A stretch of DNA of 64,000 nucleotides, taken from IMG/VR virus record IMGVR_UViG_3300031787_000044, positions 25,573 to 89,572 of that record; one strand, written 5' to 3'. Made by a program: the position numbers and the translations under genes. Source of the DNA: a virus. Below are positions 9,871 through 18,358 of this stretch, piece by piece (the first letter of the stretch is position 1; the number at the start of each line of letters is the position of its first letter). The notes beneath the pieces were generated by a model, which saw only the letters and a list, made by a program, of their open reading frames with translations, was not told the DNA's origin and did not search any database.

Positions 9871-10863
9871 ATGGCAAAAGTAATTACAGAAAATTTCGCG
9901 TTTACACAGTATGCTGATGGTATAGAATTTAACGGTAAAGCCGTTGCGACTGCGTTTGATGTTCCACCAATATTTCAAGGAACTGTAAGCGGTTACGCAA
10001 CGGGCGGGAGCTATCCTAGCGGAACAACTGCAATTAGAAAATTTTCCTTTGCGTCAAATGGAAATTCTGTAAGTGTAGGCAACTTGACGAACGCCCTGAG
10101 TGGAGGTGCAGGACAATCTAGTTCTACATCTGGTTATACAACAGGATCCGGCACCGGCTCTATCAATATGATTAATAAGTTTCCATTTTCTGTTGACGCA
10201 AACGCAACGGATGTTGGTGATCTTACACAATTAAGGGTAAATCCGGCCGGTCAATCGAGTCCCGTATCTGGTTATGGTTATTCGTCTGGCGGCACGGGCG
10301 GCTCACCTTATTCAAATGTAATAGATAAGTTTCCTTTTTCAGCAGACGCCAATGCAACAGATGTAGGAGATCTTACGCAATTAAGAGAGTATCCGGCTGG
10401 ACAATCTAGTGTTACATCAGGTTATTCTTCTGGTGGATATTCACCTCCATTTAGAAATACTATAGACAAGTTTCCGTTTGCTTCTGACGCAAACGCAACT
10501 GATGTTGGAGACCTTACTGTATCTAGGTCTAGAGCAGCAGGACAGTCTAGTGATGTGTCAGGATATTCGTCTGGAGGCAGAGAAATTCCTACTCTTCTAA
10601 ATGTAATAGACAAGTTTCCATTTGCCTCAAACGCAAACGCAACTGATGTCGGAGATCTTACACAGAGCCGTAACGCGGCTTCAGGTCAATCTAGTACTGT
10701 TTCAGGTTATTCGTCTGGAGGCGATGGCACCCCGTCCCCCGCCTTTTCAAATGTAATAGATAAGTTTCCTTTTGCCTCAAACGCAAACGCAACTGATGTA
10801 GGCGATTTAGCTCAAGGAAATGTAGGTGGGGTAACTGGACAAACCGCAGGCCAACAGGTATAA
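9871..10863 (+). CDS. Six-repeat kelch-like beta-propeller protein, paralog 3
   Basis: Same six repeats; ends AGQQV. Confidence 0.75.
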   Translation: MAKVITENFAFTQYADGIEFNGKAVATAFDVPPIFQGTVSGYATGGSYPSGTTAIRKFSFASNGNSVSVGNLTNALSGGAGQSSSTSGYTTGSGTGSINMINKFPFSVDANATDVGDLTQLRVNPAGQSSPVSGYGYSSGGTGGSPYSNVIDKFPFSADANATDVGDLTQLREYPAGQSSVTSGYSSGGYSPPFRNTIDKFPFASDANATDVGDLTVSRSRAAGQSSDVSGYSSGGREIPTLLNVIDKFPFASNANATDVGDLTQSRNAASGQSSTVSGYSSGGDGTPSPAFSNVIDKFPFASNANATDVGDLAQGNVGGVTGQTAGQQV

Positions 10864-10866
10864 ATA
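10859..10866 (+). promoter_or_regulatory. Late promoter overlapping a stop codon
   Basis: TATAAATA. Confidence 0.65.
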
Positions 10867-10889
10867 AATGAAAATGTCAAGGATTTAAT

Positions 10890-11855
10890 ATGCCTATTAC
10901 GTTAAACAAAGACTCGATTAACTTCGGTAACTACAGCATATCTCTGCATCCTAACGGCATTGAGATCGACGGTAAGTTTAAGTATGCGTCGAGTGATATA
11001 TACGTGAGACCATTTCAAGGTACGATAAGTGGATATACTTCTGGCGGAACAATACCACCAAATAATAGTACTAACACAATTGATAAGTTTCCATTCTCGT
11101 CCAATGCTAACGCAACTGACGTGGGTGATTTGACGCAAGCAAGGCGCGAGAGCGCAGGCCAATCAAGTGCCGAATCTGGTTATACTTCTGGTGGTTATGG
11201 ATCAGGAAACTCAAACGTAATAGATAAGTTTCCGTTTGCCGCGAATGGCAACGCAACGGATGTTGGCGATCTTACACAAGCAAGAAATTCGCTTTCCGGA
11301 ACTTCTAGTTCCGCATCAGGCTATTCAGCTGGAGGTTTTGGTCCTCTAAATACTGTTGACAAGTTTCCGTTTGCCGCGAATGGCAACGCAACGGATGTTG
11401 GCGATCTTACACAATCAAGGTATGGCCCGGCAGGTCAATCAAGTACATCATCAGGTTATGCGTCTGGTGGTTTTACAACTGCAAACTCTAATGTAATTGA
11501 TAAGTTTCCTTTTTCTTCTGATGCCAACGCGACGGACGTCGGTGATTTGACTCTGGCAAGAAACCTTGTAACTGGTCAATCTAGTTCTGAATCAGGTTAT
11601 GCGTCTGGAGGAGGAACCTCAAACGTAATAGACAAGTTTCCATTTGCATCTAATGCAAACGCAACAGACGTCGGAGATCTTACACAAGCAAGAACTGGAT
11701 CGGCGGGTCAAAGCTCTACAGAATCTGGTTACACTTCTGGTGGAAGCCCATTTCTTAACACAATCGACAAGTTTCCATTTGCTGCAAATGCTAACGCAAC
11801 AGACGTGGGTGATTTAACTCAAGGTAGACAATCTTCGGCTGGTCAACAGATATAA
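10890..11855 (+). CDS. Six-repeat kelch-like beta-propeller protein, paralog 4
   Basis: Same six repeats; ends AGQQI. Confidence 0.75.
   Translation: MPITLNKDSINFGNYSISLHPNGIEIDGKFKYASSDIYVRPFQGTISGYTSGGTIPPNNSTNTIDKFPFSSNANATDVGDLTQARRESAGQSSAESGYTSGGYGSGNSNVIDKFPFAANGNATDVGDLTQARNSLSGTSSSASGYSAGGFGPLNTVDKFPFAANGNATDVGDLTQSRYGPAGQSSTSSGYASGGFTTANSNVIDKFPFSSDANATDVGDLTLARNLVTGQSSSESGYASGGGTSNVIDKFPFASNANATDVGDLTQARTGSAGQSSTESGYTSGGSPFLNTIDKFPFAANANATDVGDLTQGRQSSAGQQI
11591..11711 (+). repeat. 121-bp exact repeat shared with 19135..19255
   Basis: Base-by-base comparison, ATCAGGTTATGCGTCTGGAGGAGG...GGATCGGCGGGTCAA. Confidence 0.85.
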
Positions 11856-11858
11856 ATA
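11851..11858 (+). promoter_or_regulatory. Late promoter overlapping a stop codon
   Basis: TATAAATA upstream of the sulfotransferase. Confidence 0.65.
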
Positions 11859-11885
11859 ATCTTGTGAAACAACGAGAGTTATATT

Positions 11886-12713
11886 ATGAAACAATTGAAT
11901 TTTTGCGCAGGTCTTCCAAGAACCGGATCGACCGTGCTTATGAATATCCTACAACAGAACCCAGAAATCTTTACAACCGCCACGGATCCCTTTCCTGAGA
12001 TACTCAGCGAACAGATCCTCATTAAATCTCGTTATCGAGAATCCTTTCAGGCAATGAGCTGCGAACAAGCAGACGATGCCGTTTACGGAATGGCGATTGG
12101 TGCTACGAAGGGTTGGTACGAAGGACTCACAAAGAAACCAGTCGTGATCTCAAAGTCAAGAACTTGGTCGAACCTTCATCATCTCTTTCCAAACAACAAG
12201 ATACTCGTCACAGTAAGAGACCTTCGAGACATCGTCGAGAGTTTTGATCGTGTCAACGATAAGATTAAAGCCCTTCATACCTTCGGTGATGGTAACATTC
12301 TCTACGGCTCTATGACTGAGACCGAGAAGTATCACTATCACTTTAAAGAATCAAACGCGTTTTCAGGCAATCTGAGACACGAGATACTCAAGTACATTGA
12401 ACTCTTTAAGACCAATCCGGAAAGAGTTAAGTTTGTTCGATACGAGGATCTGCTTAAGGAACCAGTCTACATGCTTCGAAGAATATACGACTTCTTAGGT
12501 CTTGAATACTTTGAGCACGATTTGAACAACATAGAGCAGTCTGCATTATTCGAACACGACAACGCGTACTTTCGTGAGAAGACGGATCATCATACGAAGC
12601 CTTCTCTTCTACCTTGGAAGGAACCAAAGAGAGTACTCTCAGAAAGTTTTCACGAAAAAGTCGTGAGCGAAAACACCTGGTTCTATAAATCCTTTTATCC
12701 TGACGCGATATAA
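11886..12713 (+). CDS. Sulfotransferase family protein
   Basis: 5'-PSB loop GLPRTGST; VRDLRDIVES 3'-PB motif; VRYEDL...IYDFLG. Confidence 0.85.
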   Translation: MKQLNFCAGLPRTGSTVLMNILQQNPEIFTTATDPFPEILSEQILIKSRYRESFQAMSCEQADDAVYGMAIGATKGWYEGLTKKPVVISKSRTWSNLHHLFPNNKILVTVRDLRDIVESFDRVNDKIKALHTFGDGNILYGSMTETEKYHYHFKESNAFSGNLRHEILKYIELFKTNPERVKFVRYEDLLKEPVYMLRRIYDFLGLEYFEHDLNNIEQSALFEHDNAYFREKTDHHTKPSLLPWKEPKRVLSESFHEKVVSENTWFYKSFYPDAI

Positions 12714-12716
12714 ATA
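12709..12716 (+). promoter_or_regulatory. Late promoter overlapping a stop codon
   Basis: TATAAATA. Confidence 0.6.
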
Positions 12717-12743
12717 ATACTATATGATGATACGGAGTACATT

Positions 12744-13301
12744 ATGAACGAACACGCGACTAACATTTTTAATGTTCCAATATGGGGATACGTTCTTACG
12801 AACGAAAAGTATCAAGCAGAAGATTATCTCGACAGAGTTCTAGAACTATACGCTCAGGAACCGTCGGTATCAAAGAGTAACTCGGGCGGTGCCTGGCAGT
12901 CGAGAGACGATCTTCACGAGGATCCGATCTTTCGAGAGTTTGTAAAAAACATTCTACTCAAATCGATCGCATCAAACATTCTCAAGGACTACGGCATCAC
13001 CGAGTTCAAGCTACAGAGCATGTGGGCAAACGTAAACGGTAAGCACTCTTTCAATCACCATCACACGCACGAGGGTTATCTCTCGGGTGTATTCTATCTT
13101 AGAGTACCGCAGAACTCTGGTCGTCTCGTATTTACGAACCCAGCCATTCGCAGCGAGAGACATCCAATTCGTGATAAGAACTATCCAATTCAACCACAAC
13201 CTCTTGCGTGTATTGTCTTTCCGAGTTGGCTCGAACACTATGTCGAACCAAATCAGTCGGACGATACGAGAGTAAGTATCAGCTTTAACATAGGTGTTTG
13301 A
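12744..13301 (+). CDS. 2OG-Fe(II) oxygenase (TIGR02466-like)
   Basis: SN.GAWQS; MWANVN...HxH...LSGVFY; FPSWLEHYVEPN...RVSISFN. Confidence 0.85.
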   Translation: MNEHATNIFNVPIWGYVLTNEKYQAEDYLDRVLELYAQEPSVSKSNSGGAWQSRDDLHEDPIFREFVKNILLKSIASNILKDYGITEFKLQSMWANVNGKHSFNHHHTHEGYLSGVFYLRVPQNSGRLVFTNPAIRSERHPIRDKNYPIQPQPLACIVFPSWLEHYVEPNQSDDTRVSISFNIGV

Positions 13302-13303
13302 TT

Positions 13304-13876
13304 ATGAACCATAAAAAGTTACACATTAACGGCCGTGAAGTAGATATCTATGACGATCTGTTTACGTTTGAAGAGATCTCAAAGATGTTCATCGCGGTTC
13401 GTAATTTTCCCTACACAGCTACTAATTTTAGCGACGGGTTTAGATCGCACATCTACGGCGAAAAGCACAAGCTCAAGTACGTGTTTGGATCGCGTGAAGA
13501 AGCAACTAACTTTGGCATTATAAATAGACTCAATCAGGTCAATCCACATTTTGCTAAGAATTATATCGTTCACCGACAATATGTAAATCTTGCTACGACG
13601 AGCGACTTCGATACGATTCACATAGACGACAATCATCTAGAAAAGCCTAAGACGGCGCTATACTATCCTCACCCGGATTGGAACATTCATTGGGGAGGTC
13701 ATACATTCTTCTTCAACGAAAAGTTGGATAGTATAGAATACACAGCAGCGTATAAACCTGGAAGGCTTGTCATCTTTGATGGTTCGATACCTCACTGTGG
13801 TTCGCCGCCATACGCATCTGCTCAAGATAAAAGATACGTTGTGACCTGCAAGTTTCAATATACGAATGGAGAATAA
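13304..13876 (+). CDS. 2OG-Fe(II) oxygenase (prolyl-hydroxylase-like)
   Basis: HID...WGGHTFF...PGRLVIFDGSIPH...R. Confidence 0.8.
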   Translation: MNHKKLHINGREVDIYDDLFTFEEISKMFIAVRNFPYTATNFSDGFRSHIYGEKHKLKYVFGSREEATNFGIINRLNQVNPHFAKNYIVHRQYVNLATTSDFDTIHIDDNHLEKPKTALYYPHPDWNIHWGGHTFFFNEKLDSIEYTAAYKPGRLVIFDGSIPHCGSPPYASAQDKRYVVTCKFQYTNGE

Positions 13877-13879
13877 ATT

Positions 13880-15196
13880 ATGAAAGACACGGTAAGTTAC
13901 TTTGAAGAAAATGGTTATGTAGTTTTACAGAACGTCCTACCTAAAGAAAAGTGCGACGAATTAGTAGCGCATATGTTTAAGCTACACGAAGAAGGTAAAC
14001 TGGTTCAGGATGATCAGTGCCCTCTTTCTGATGCCATCTACGGAGATCCGGTTTTTGATAACCTTCTTCAGAACGTAGCAGAACCTCTCGGTAAAGCCGT
14101 TGGCAGAAAGCTGCTTCCTACGTATTCGTATGCAAGGATCTATCGTCCTGGCGACGTTTTAAAGAAACACCTCGATCGCCCTGCCTGTGAGATTAGTACA
14201 ACGCTTACTCTTGGATACGACGCAAAGGTCAACTGGCCAATTCATTTTGCAAACCAAGACGGAACGAAAGAAACAGCAGTGACTATGGAACCCGGTGAGA
14301 TGGCTGCGTATAAGGGAACCGAGATGGTTCACTGGAGAAAGCCGTTTAAGGGTAACTGGCACGTTCAGGTCTTCCTACACTTCGTAGATGCTAACGGTCC
14401 TCATGCAAACCAAGCAATGGATGGAAGACAGTCTCTTGGTGTTGACAAGACTGCGCAGACCATGACTCAAGCAGCGCAGCCGCCACAAAAGCAACAGGAA
14501 AATGTAGTAAACCAACCAAGAACGGACAACCTCAGTCTAAAGAAGAATAACGAGATGTTAATTCCGGATCCAATCTTTGGCGGTGTGATCCTACCGAGCA
14601 CTGATAATACTCTTCCTGGTTATTTTCCAGTCAATAGCGAAACGTTTCCTACGATGATGTTCACAAACCAGGAGTGTGATCGTATCATTCAGATCGCGAA
14701 GGACTCGTATTCTTCTGCTGCGAGCGTTGGTAGTGGAAAGAGCGGAAGTGTTGCGAAACAAATCAGATCTGCCGAGATCTATCCGATAGAGAACAACGAA
14801 GAGAATCGTTGGATCTTTAAAAAGATCGCGAGTGTTGTTTCAGTAGTAAACACCGTACACTTTGAATACGACATCTCGGCTATCGAGTACGCGCTTCAAC
14901 TCATTCACTATCCTTCGGATGCGGAAGTTCCTGGCCACTATAACTGGCACGTGGATGCCGGTCCTGGCGTAGTAGCAACGAGAAAGATCTCGTTTACTGC
15001 ACAGCTCTCGGACCCGAATAGTTATACCGGTTGCGATCTCATTGTAGACGATCACGGCAATAAAATTCAAGCATCTCGTGAGAGAGGATCGTTCTCGCTA
15101 TTTCCGAGTTATATGCCACACGTAGTTACTCCAATCGAGACGGGAGATCGTTATGCTCTCGTCATTTGGATACATGGATCAAGGAGGTTCAGATAA
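13880..15196 (+). CDS. Tandem two-domain 2OG-Fe(II) oxygenase
   Basis: N-domain TYSYARIY...HLDRPACEIS...HWR; Q/P-rich linker; C-domain WHVD...RKIS...FPSYMPHVVTP...R. Confidence 0.85.
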   Translation: MKDTVSYFEENGYVVLQNVLPKEKCDELVAHMFKLHEEGKLVQDDQCPLSDAIYGDPVFDNLLQNVAEPLGKAVGRKLLPTYSYARIYRPGDVLKKHLDRPACEISTTLTLGYDAKVNWPIHFANQDGTKETAVTMEPGEMAAYKGTEMVHWRKPFKGNWHVQVFLHFVDANGPHANQAMDGRQSLGVDKTAQTMTQAAQPPQKQQENVVNQPRTDNLSLKKNNEMLIPDPIFGGVILPSTDNTLPGYFPVNSETFPTMMFTNQECDRIIQIAKDSYSSAASVGSGKSGSVAKQIRSAEIYPIENNEENRWIFKKIASVVSVVNTVHFEYDISAIEYALQLIHYPSDAEVPGHYNWHVDAGPGVVATRKISFTAQLSDPNSYTGCDLIVDDHGNKIQASRERGSFSLFPSYMPHVVTPIETGDRYALVIWIHGSRRFR

Positions 15197-15197
15197 T

Positions 15198-16151
15198 ATG
15201 GAAGAAGAAAAGAAAACAACAGCGCGTGAACTCGCAGTATTCGAAGAGATCCGTAAGAGCGATATCGTAACAGCCGAGGATGCGGAGAGAATGAAGGTGC
15301 CTATGGCCATGGTCTTTGGTCATGGTACTACTGGAAATCTTCCTAGCTTTGGCGGTAAGACACTTAATGAAAACTCTCAGTTGGTAGACGTTGCTCTCAA
15401 GAACGTCGGCGAGCTACAGAATATTTGGAACCACAGCCACACTCAATGGATGTGGAAGCATATCAACTTTAGCTATCACAGCCCGCATAAAAATATGCGC
15501 CAGATTGCAGCAGAACTTGCGAAGAAAAAATCTGCTTTGAATGAAGCAAAGTGGCGTCATATCAAGAAGGAAGCAAGAATTCGTAAGATCCAAGAAGAAC
15601 TGCAAAACGCAGAAAATATGGATTACTGGCGTGAGGTCGACCTGAAGATTAAGCTTGCTGAGTATCAAGAAGGTGCGATCGAAGGCATGTCGTATATCGA
15701 AGGGGCCATGAAGGACGTTCTCGCACTTCAGGAAGTCTTTGAGGATCTAAAGAAAACAGTTAGCGATTTCAGTGAGCACGACATCGAGAAAGAGGAATCG
15801 ATATCACACCTAAAGAGAAGTATAGTCCAGTGTATTCGTGACGTTCGCCAATCTGGACGCATTACAAAGGGTGAGCAGGAGTATATGGAGCAGATCGGGG
15901 TGAACCCAGGTAAGATGCAACGTATCCTTCAGTTATACGTAGAAAAAGAGATCGAACAGGACTCTTGGGATAGCGAAGGCCTCTTTGAGTTTGTCGATGG
16001 ATTGGCTCGCGAACTCGTCGAGAAACATAAGGTCGACGTGAAGAGAATGGAACTACTCGGTTACGATCCAGAATCAAGAGAGGACATTACATACTCTACG
16101 AAGGTCGCTCTCTTAGATAACTTTATGGACGAGGAGTCGAATGAAGACTGA
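15198..16151 (+). CDS. Coiled-coil protein of unknown function
   Basis: AGGAGG RBS before ATG 15198; charged helical segments. Confidence 0.6.
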   Translation: MEEEKKTTARELAVFEEIRKSDIVTAEDAERMKVPMAMVFGHGTTGNLPSFGGKTLNENSQLVDVALKNVGELQNIWNHSHTQWMWKHINFSYHSPHKNMRQIAAELAKKKSALNEAKWRHIKKEARIRKIQEELQNAENMDYWREVDLKIKLAEYQEGAIEGMSYIEGAMKDVLALQEVFEDLKKTVSDFSEHDIEKEESISHLKRSIVQCIRDVRQSGRITKGEQEYMEQIGVNPGKMQRILQLYVEKEIEQDSWDSEGLFEFVDGLARELVEKHKVDVKRMELLGYDPESREDITYSTKVALLDNFMDEESNED

Positions 16152-16884
16152 GTTCTATAACAGACTCATAGAAGCAAAGAAGTATACCGACAGGATTGGT
16201 TCTATCTACGGAACTGAGGATCTGTCGGTATACCTTTATTCCGTGATACGAATGATGAAGCCAAAGACCGTTGTAGAACTTGGTACGGGTCTCGGATCCA
16301 CGATGTTATGGAGTGCTCTTGCTCTTGAAGAGAACGATGAAGGAATGCTCTACACCGTTGATGACGGAAGCGAGTGGAAGAGAATTAGTACTGCGAAGGA
16401 AATGATCGGCGATCACTTTCGCATAGACTATGATCGATTTGTGAAGGATCTTATTCTAGAGTTTCAGATATACGAAAGAGTAGAGTTTATAAACGAGAAG
16501 ATCTCAATCGTTGATGTAAATGATATCGACATACTCTTTAGTGACTTTGCTCACGGAGTCTTCGATGTAACAAAGTTGCTCGCTGATTATCTACCAAAGA
16601 TGAACGAACACGCTAGGATCTACATCGACAGCGCGAGTACTCACTACGGATCCTACAGCACGATCGAGCGTATCGTTCAGATACTTAACAATGGAAAGAT
16701 ACCGCGATCTTTCGAAGAAATTTCAAATCTGGATTGCGACTCGTTCCTAAGAAAAGTGCAGAGAAGTTCTTTTTCGATAGAGCACATCATTGAGAATAAA
16801 GATCGTAATCAAAACAGCACGTGCTGTATCACAATCTCTCCAATTGATATTTTTCCGTATCCTAGGAAAAACATGAGAGTATAA
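16141..16884 (+). CDS. Class I SAM-dependent methyltransferase (Methyltransf_24-like)
   Basis: KPKTVVELGTGLGST; IDILFSDFAH. Confidence 0.8.
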   Translation: MKTEFYNRLIEAKKYTDRIGSIYGTEDLSVYLYSVIRMMKPKTVVELGTGLGSTMLWSALALEENDEGMLYTVDDGSEWKRISTAKEMIGDHFRIDYDRFVKDLILEFQIYERVEFINEKISIVDVNDIDILFSDFAHGVFDVTKLLADYLPKMNEHARIYIDSASTHYGSYSTIERIVQILNNGKIPRSFEEISNLDCDSFLRKVQRSSFSIEHIIENKDRNQNSTCCITISPIDIFPYPRKNMRV

Positions 16885-16887
16885 ATA
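16880..16887 (+). promoter_or_regulatory. Late promoter overlapping a stop codon
   Basis: TATAAATA. Confidence 0.6.
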
Positions 16888-16912
16888 GAATAAACTAAAC
16901 TAGGAGGCAATC

Positions 16913-17245
16913 ATGGCAGTAATAGAATATATGCTACACAGAATCAACGGAAGTTCTCGCGCTGAGATACCAGGATGGGTTGGAGACCGCGGTCACTGGT
17001 TTAATTCTGCAGATAACACATTCATCGGATGGATTGACGACGTTCGCGACTACTACGTTCCAGACACCGTAGTTTCTCTGACGAAAGCAGATCTCGTTAC
17101 TCGTCAGCTCGCAATGCACGCCAACACTCCGTTCATGACAATGCAGGATGATCCAAGCGCAGAGCCGGTAGCAATGACCGACGCAGAAGTTACGACTATG
17201 ACCGAAGCATGGTATGATGATTTTGTTGCTAAGAATAGCGCGTAA
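16913..17245 (+). CDS. Hypothetical protein
   Basis: AGGAGG RBS; 110 aa; follows a late promoter. Confidence 0.65.
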   Translation: MAVIEYMLHRINGSSRAEIPGWVGDRGHWFNSADNTFIGWIDDVRDYYVPDTVVSLTKADLVTRQLAMHANTPFMTMQDDPSAEPVAMTDAEVTTMTEAWYDDFVAKNSA

Positions 17246-17250
17246 TAATC

Positions 17251-17379
17251 ATGGAATTAATTTTAGCGAAAAAGATCGAAGAACTCGAGTTTAACGAACT
17301 TCTTGAAGTACTTAGAAAGTTTCAGACGGAAGATCGTGACGCATTTCAATTGTTACAGGAATTGGTAGAAGATATCTGA
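17251..17379 (+). CDS. Small acidic helical protein (42 aa, not in the ORF track)
   Basis: MELILAKKIEELEFNELLEVLRKFQTEDRDAFQLLQELVEDI*; fills the gap and is TGATG-coupled to the next gene. Confidence 0.6.
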   Translation: MELILAKKIEELEFNELLEVLRKFQTEDRDAFQLLQELVEDI

Positions 17380-18356
17380 TGGCACAGATTCAGTTCAACG
17401 CGGATGGAACGATAAACTTTGGTGACTACACACTCACGTTTACGAACGATGGGTTTGAATTCGACGGTGCTATCTTGGCTACTGAGCATGTAGAAGCTTA
17501 TAGTTTTCAAGGAAGTGTGAGCGGATATACTTCTGGCGGGTTTTCTATGAACACGATTGATAAATTTCCTTTTTCTGCAAGTGCTAACGCGACGGATGTT
17601 GGCGATCTTACACAAGCAAGATATAAAACAGCGGGTCAATCGAGTTCTGAATCTGGCTACACATCTGGAGGAAATTACACCGTTAATATAATTGATAAAT
17701 TTCCGTTTGCTGTTGATGCTAATGCTACGGACGTTGGCGATTTAACTCAAGGGCGGCATATGGTGGCAGGGCAGTCAAATGCTGAGTCTGGTTATACTTC
17801 GGGGGGGAGTATATCAAATCCATCATATATCAATGTCATTGACAAGTTTCCCTTTTCGGCAAGCGCGAATGCAACCGATGTCGGCGATTTGACGCAAGCA
17901 AGGCGCGAGAGCGCAGGCCAAAGCTCTACTGTATCAGGTTATACTTCTGGCGGATTTGTCCCACCAGCAATTGATACAATTGACAAGTTTCCCTTTGCGA
18001 CTAATGCTAACGCAACTGACGTAGGCAATCTTACGCGTGGAAGATATAGAACTTCAGGACAATCAAGCGCAGATTCTGGTTATACTTCAGGCGGAAGCCC
18101 ACCGCTATTTGACACAATTGATAAATTTTCGTTTGCGTCTGACGCAAACGCAACAAACGTAGGACTATTATTTTCAGGAAGTAGAAATGGTGCGGGTCAG
18201 TCGAGTATGGAGTCTGGCTACGTTTCTGGCGGGGCAAATCCGGGAGGTAGTTATAGCGATGTTATACAAAAGTTTTCATTTGCATCTGATGGAAATGCAA
18301 CGGATGTCAGCAACTTGACACAAGCGCGGTTGCAGGCAGCAGGTCAACAGGTGTAA
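17379..18356 (+). CDS. Six-repeat kelch-like beta-propeller protein, paralog 5
   Basis: Same six repeats; ends AGQQV. Confidence 0.75.
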   Translation: MAQIQFNADGTINFGDYTLTFTNDGFEFDGAILATEHVEAYSFQGSVSGYTSGGFSMNTIDKFPFSASANATDVGDLTQARYKTAGQSSSESGYTSGGNYTVNIIDKFPFAVDANATDVGDLTQGRHMVAGQSNAESGYTSGGSISNPSYINVIDKFPFSASANATDVGDLTQARRESAGQSSTVSGYTSGGFVPPAIDTIDKFPFATNANATDVGNLTRGRYRTSGQSSADSGYTSGGSPPLFDTIDKFSFASDANATNVGLLFSGSRNGAGQSSMESGYVSGGANPGGSYSDVIQKFSFASDGNATDVSNLTQARLQAAGQQV

Positions 18357-18358
18357 AC

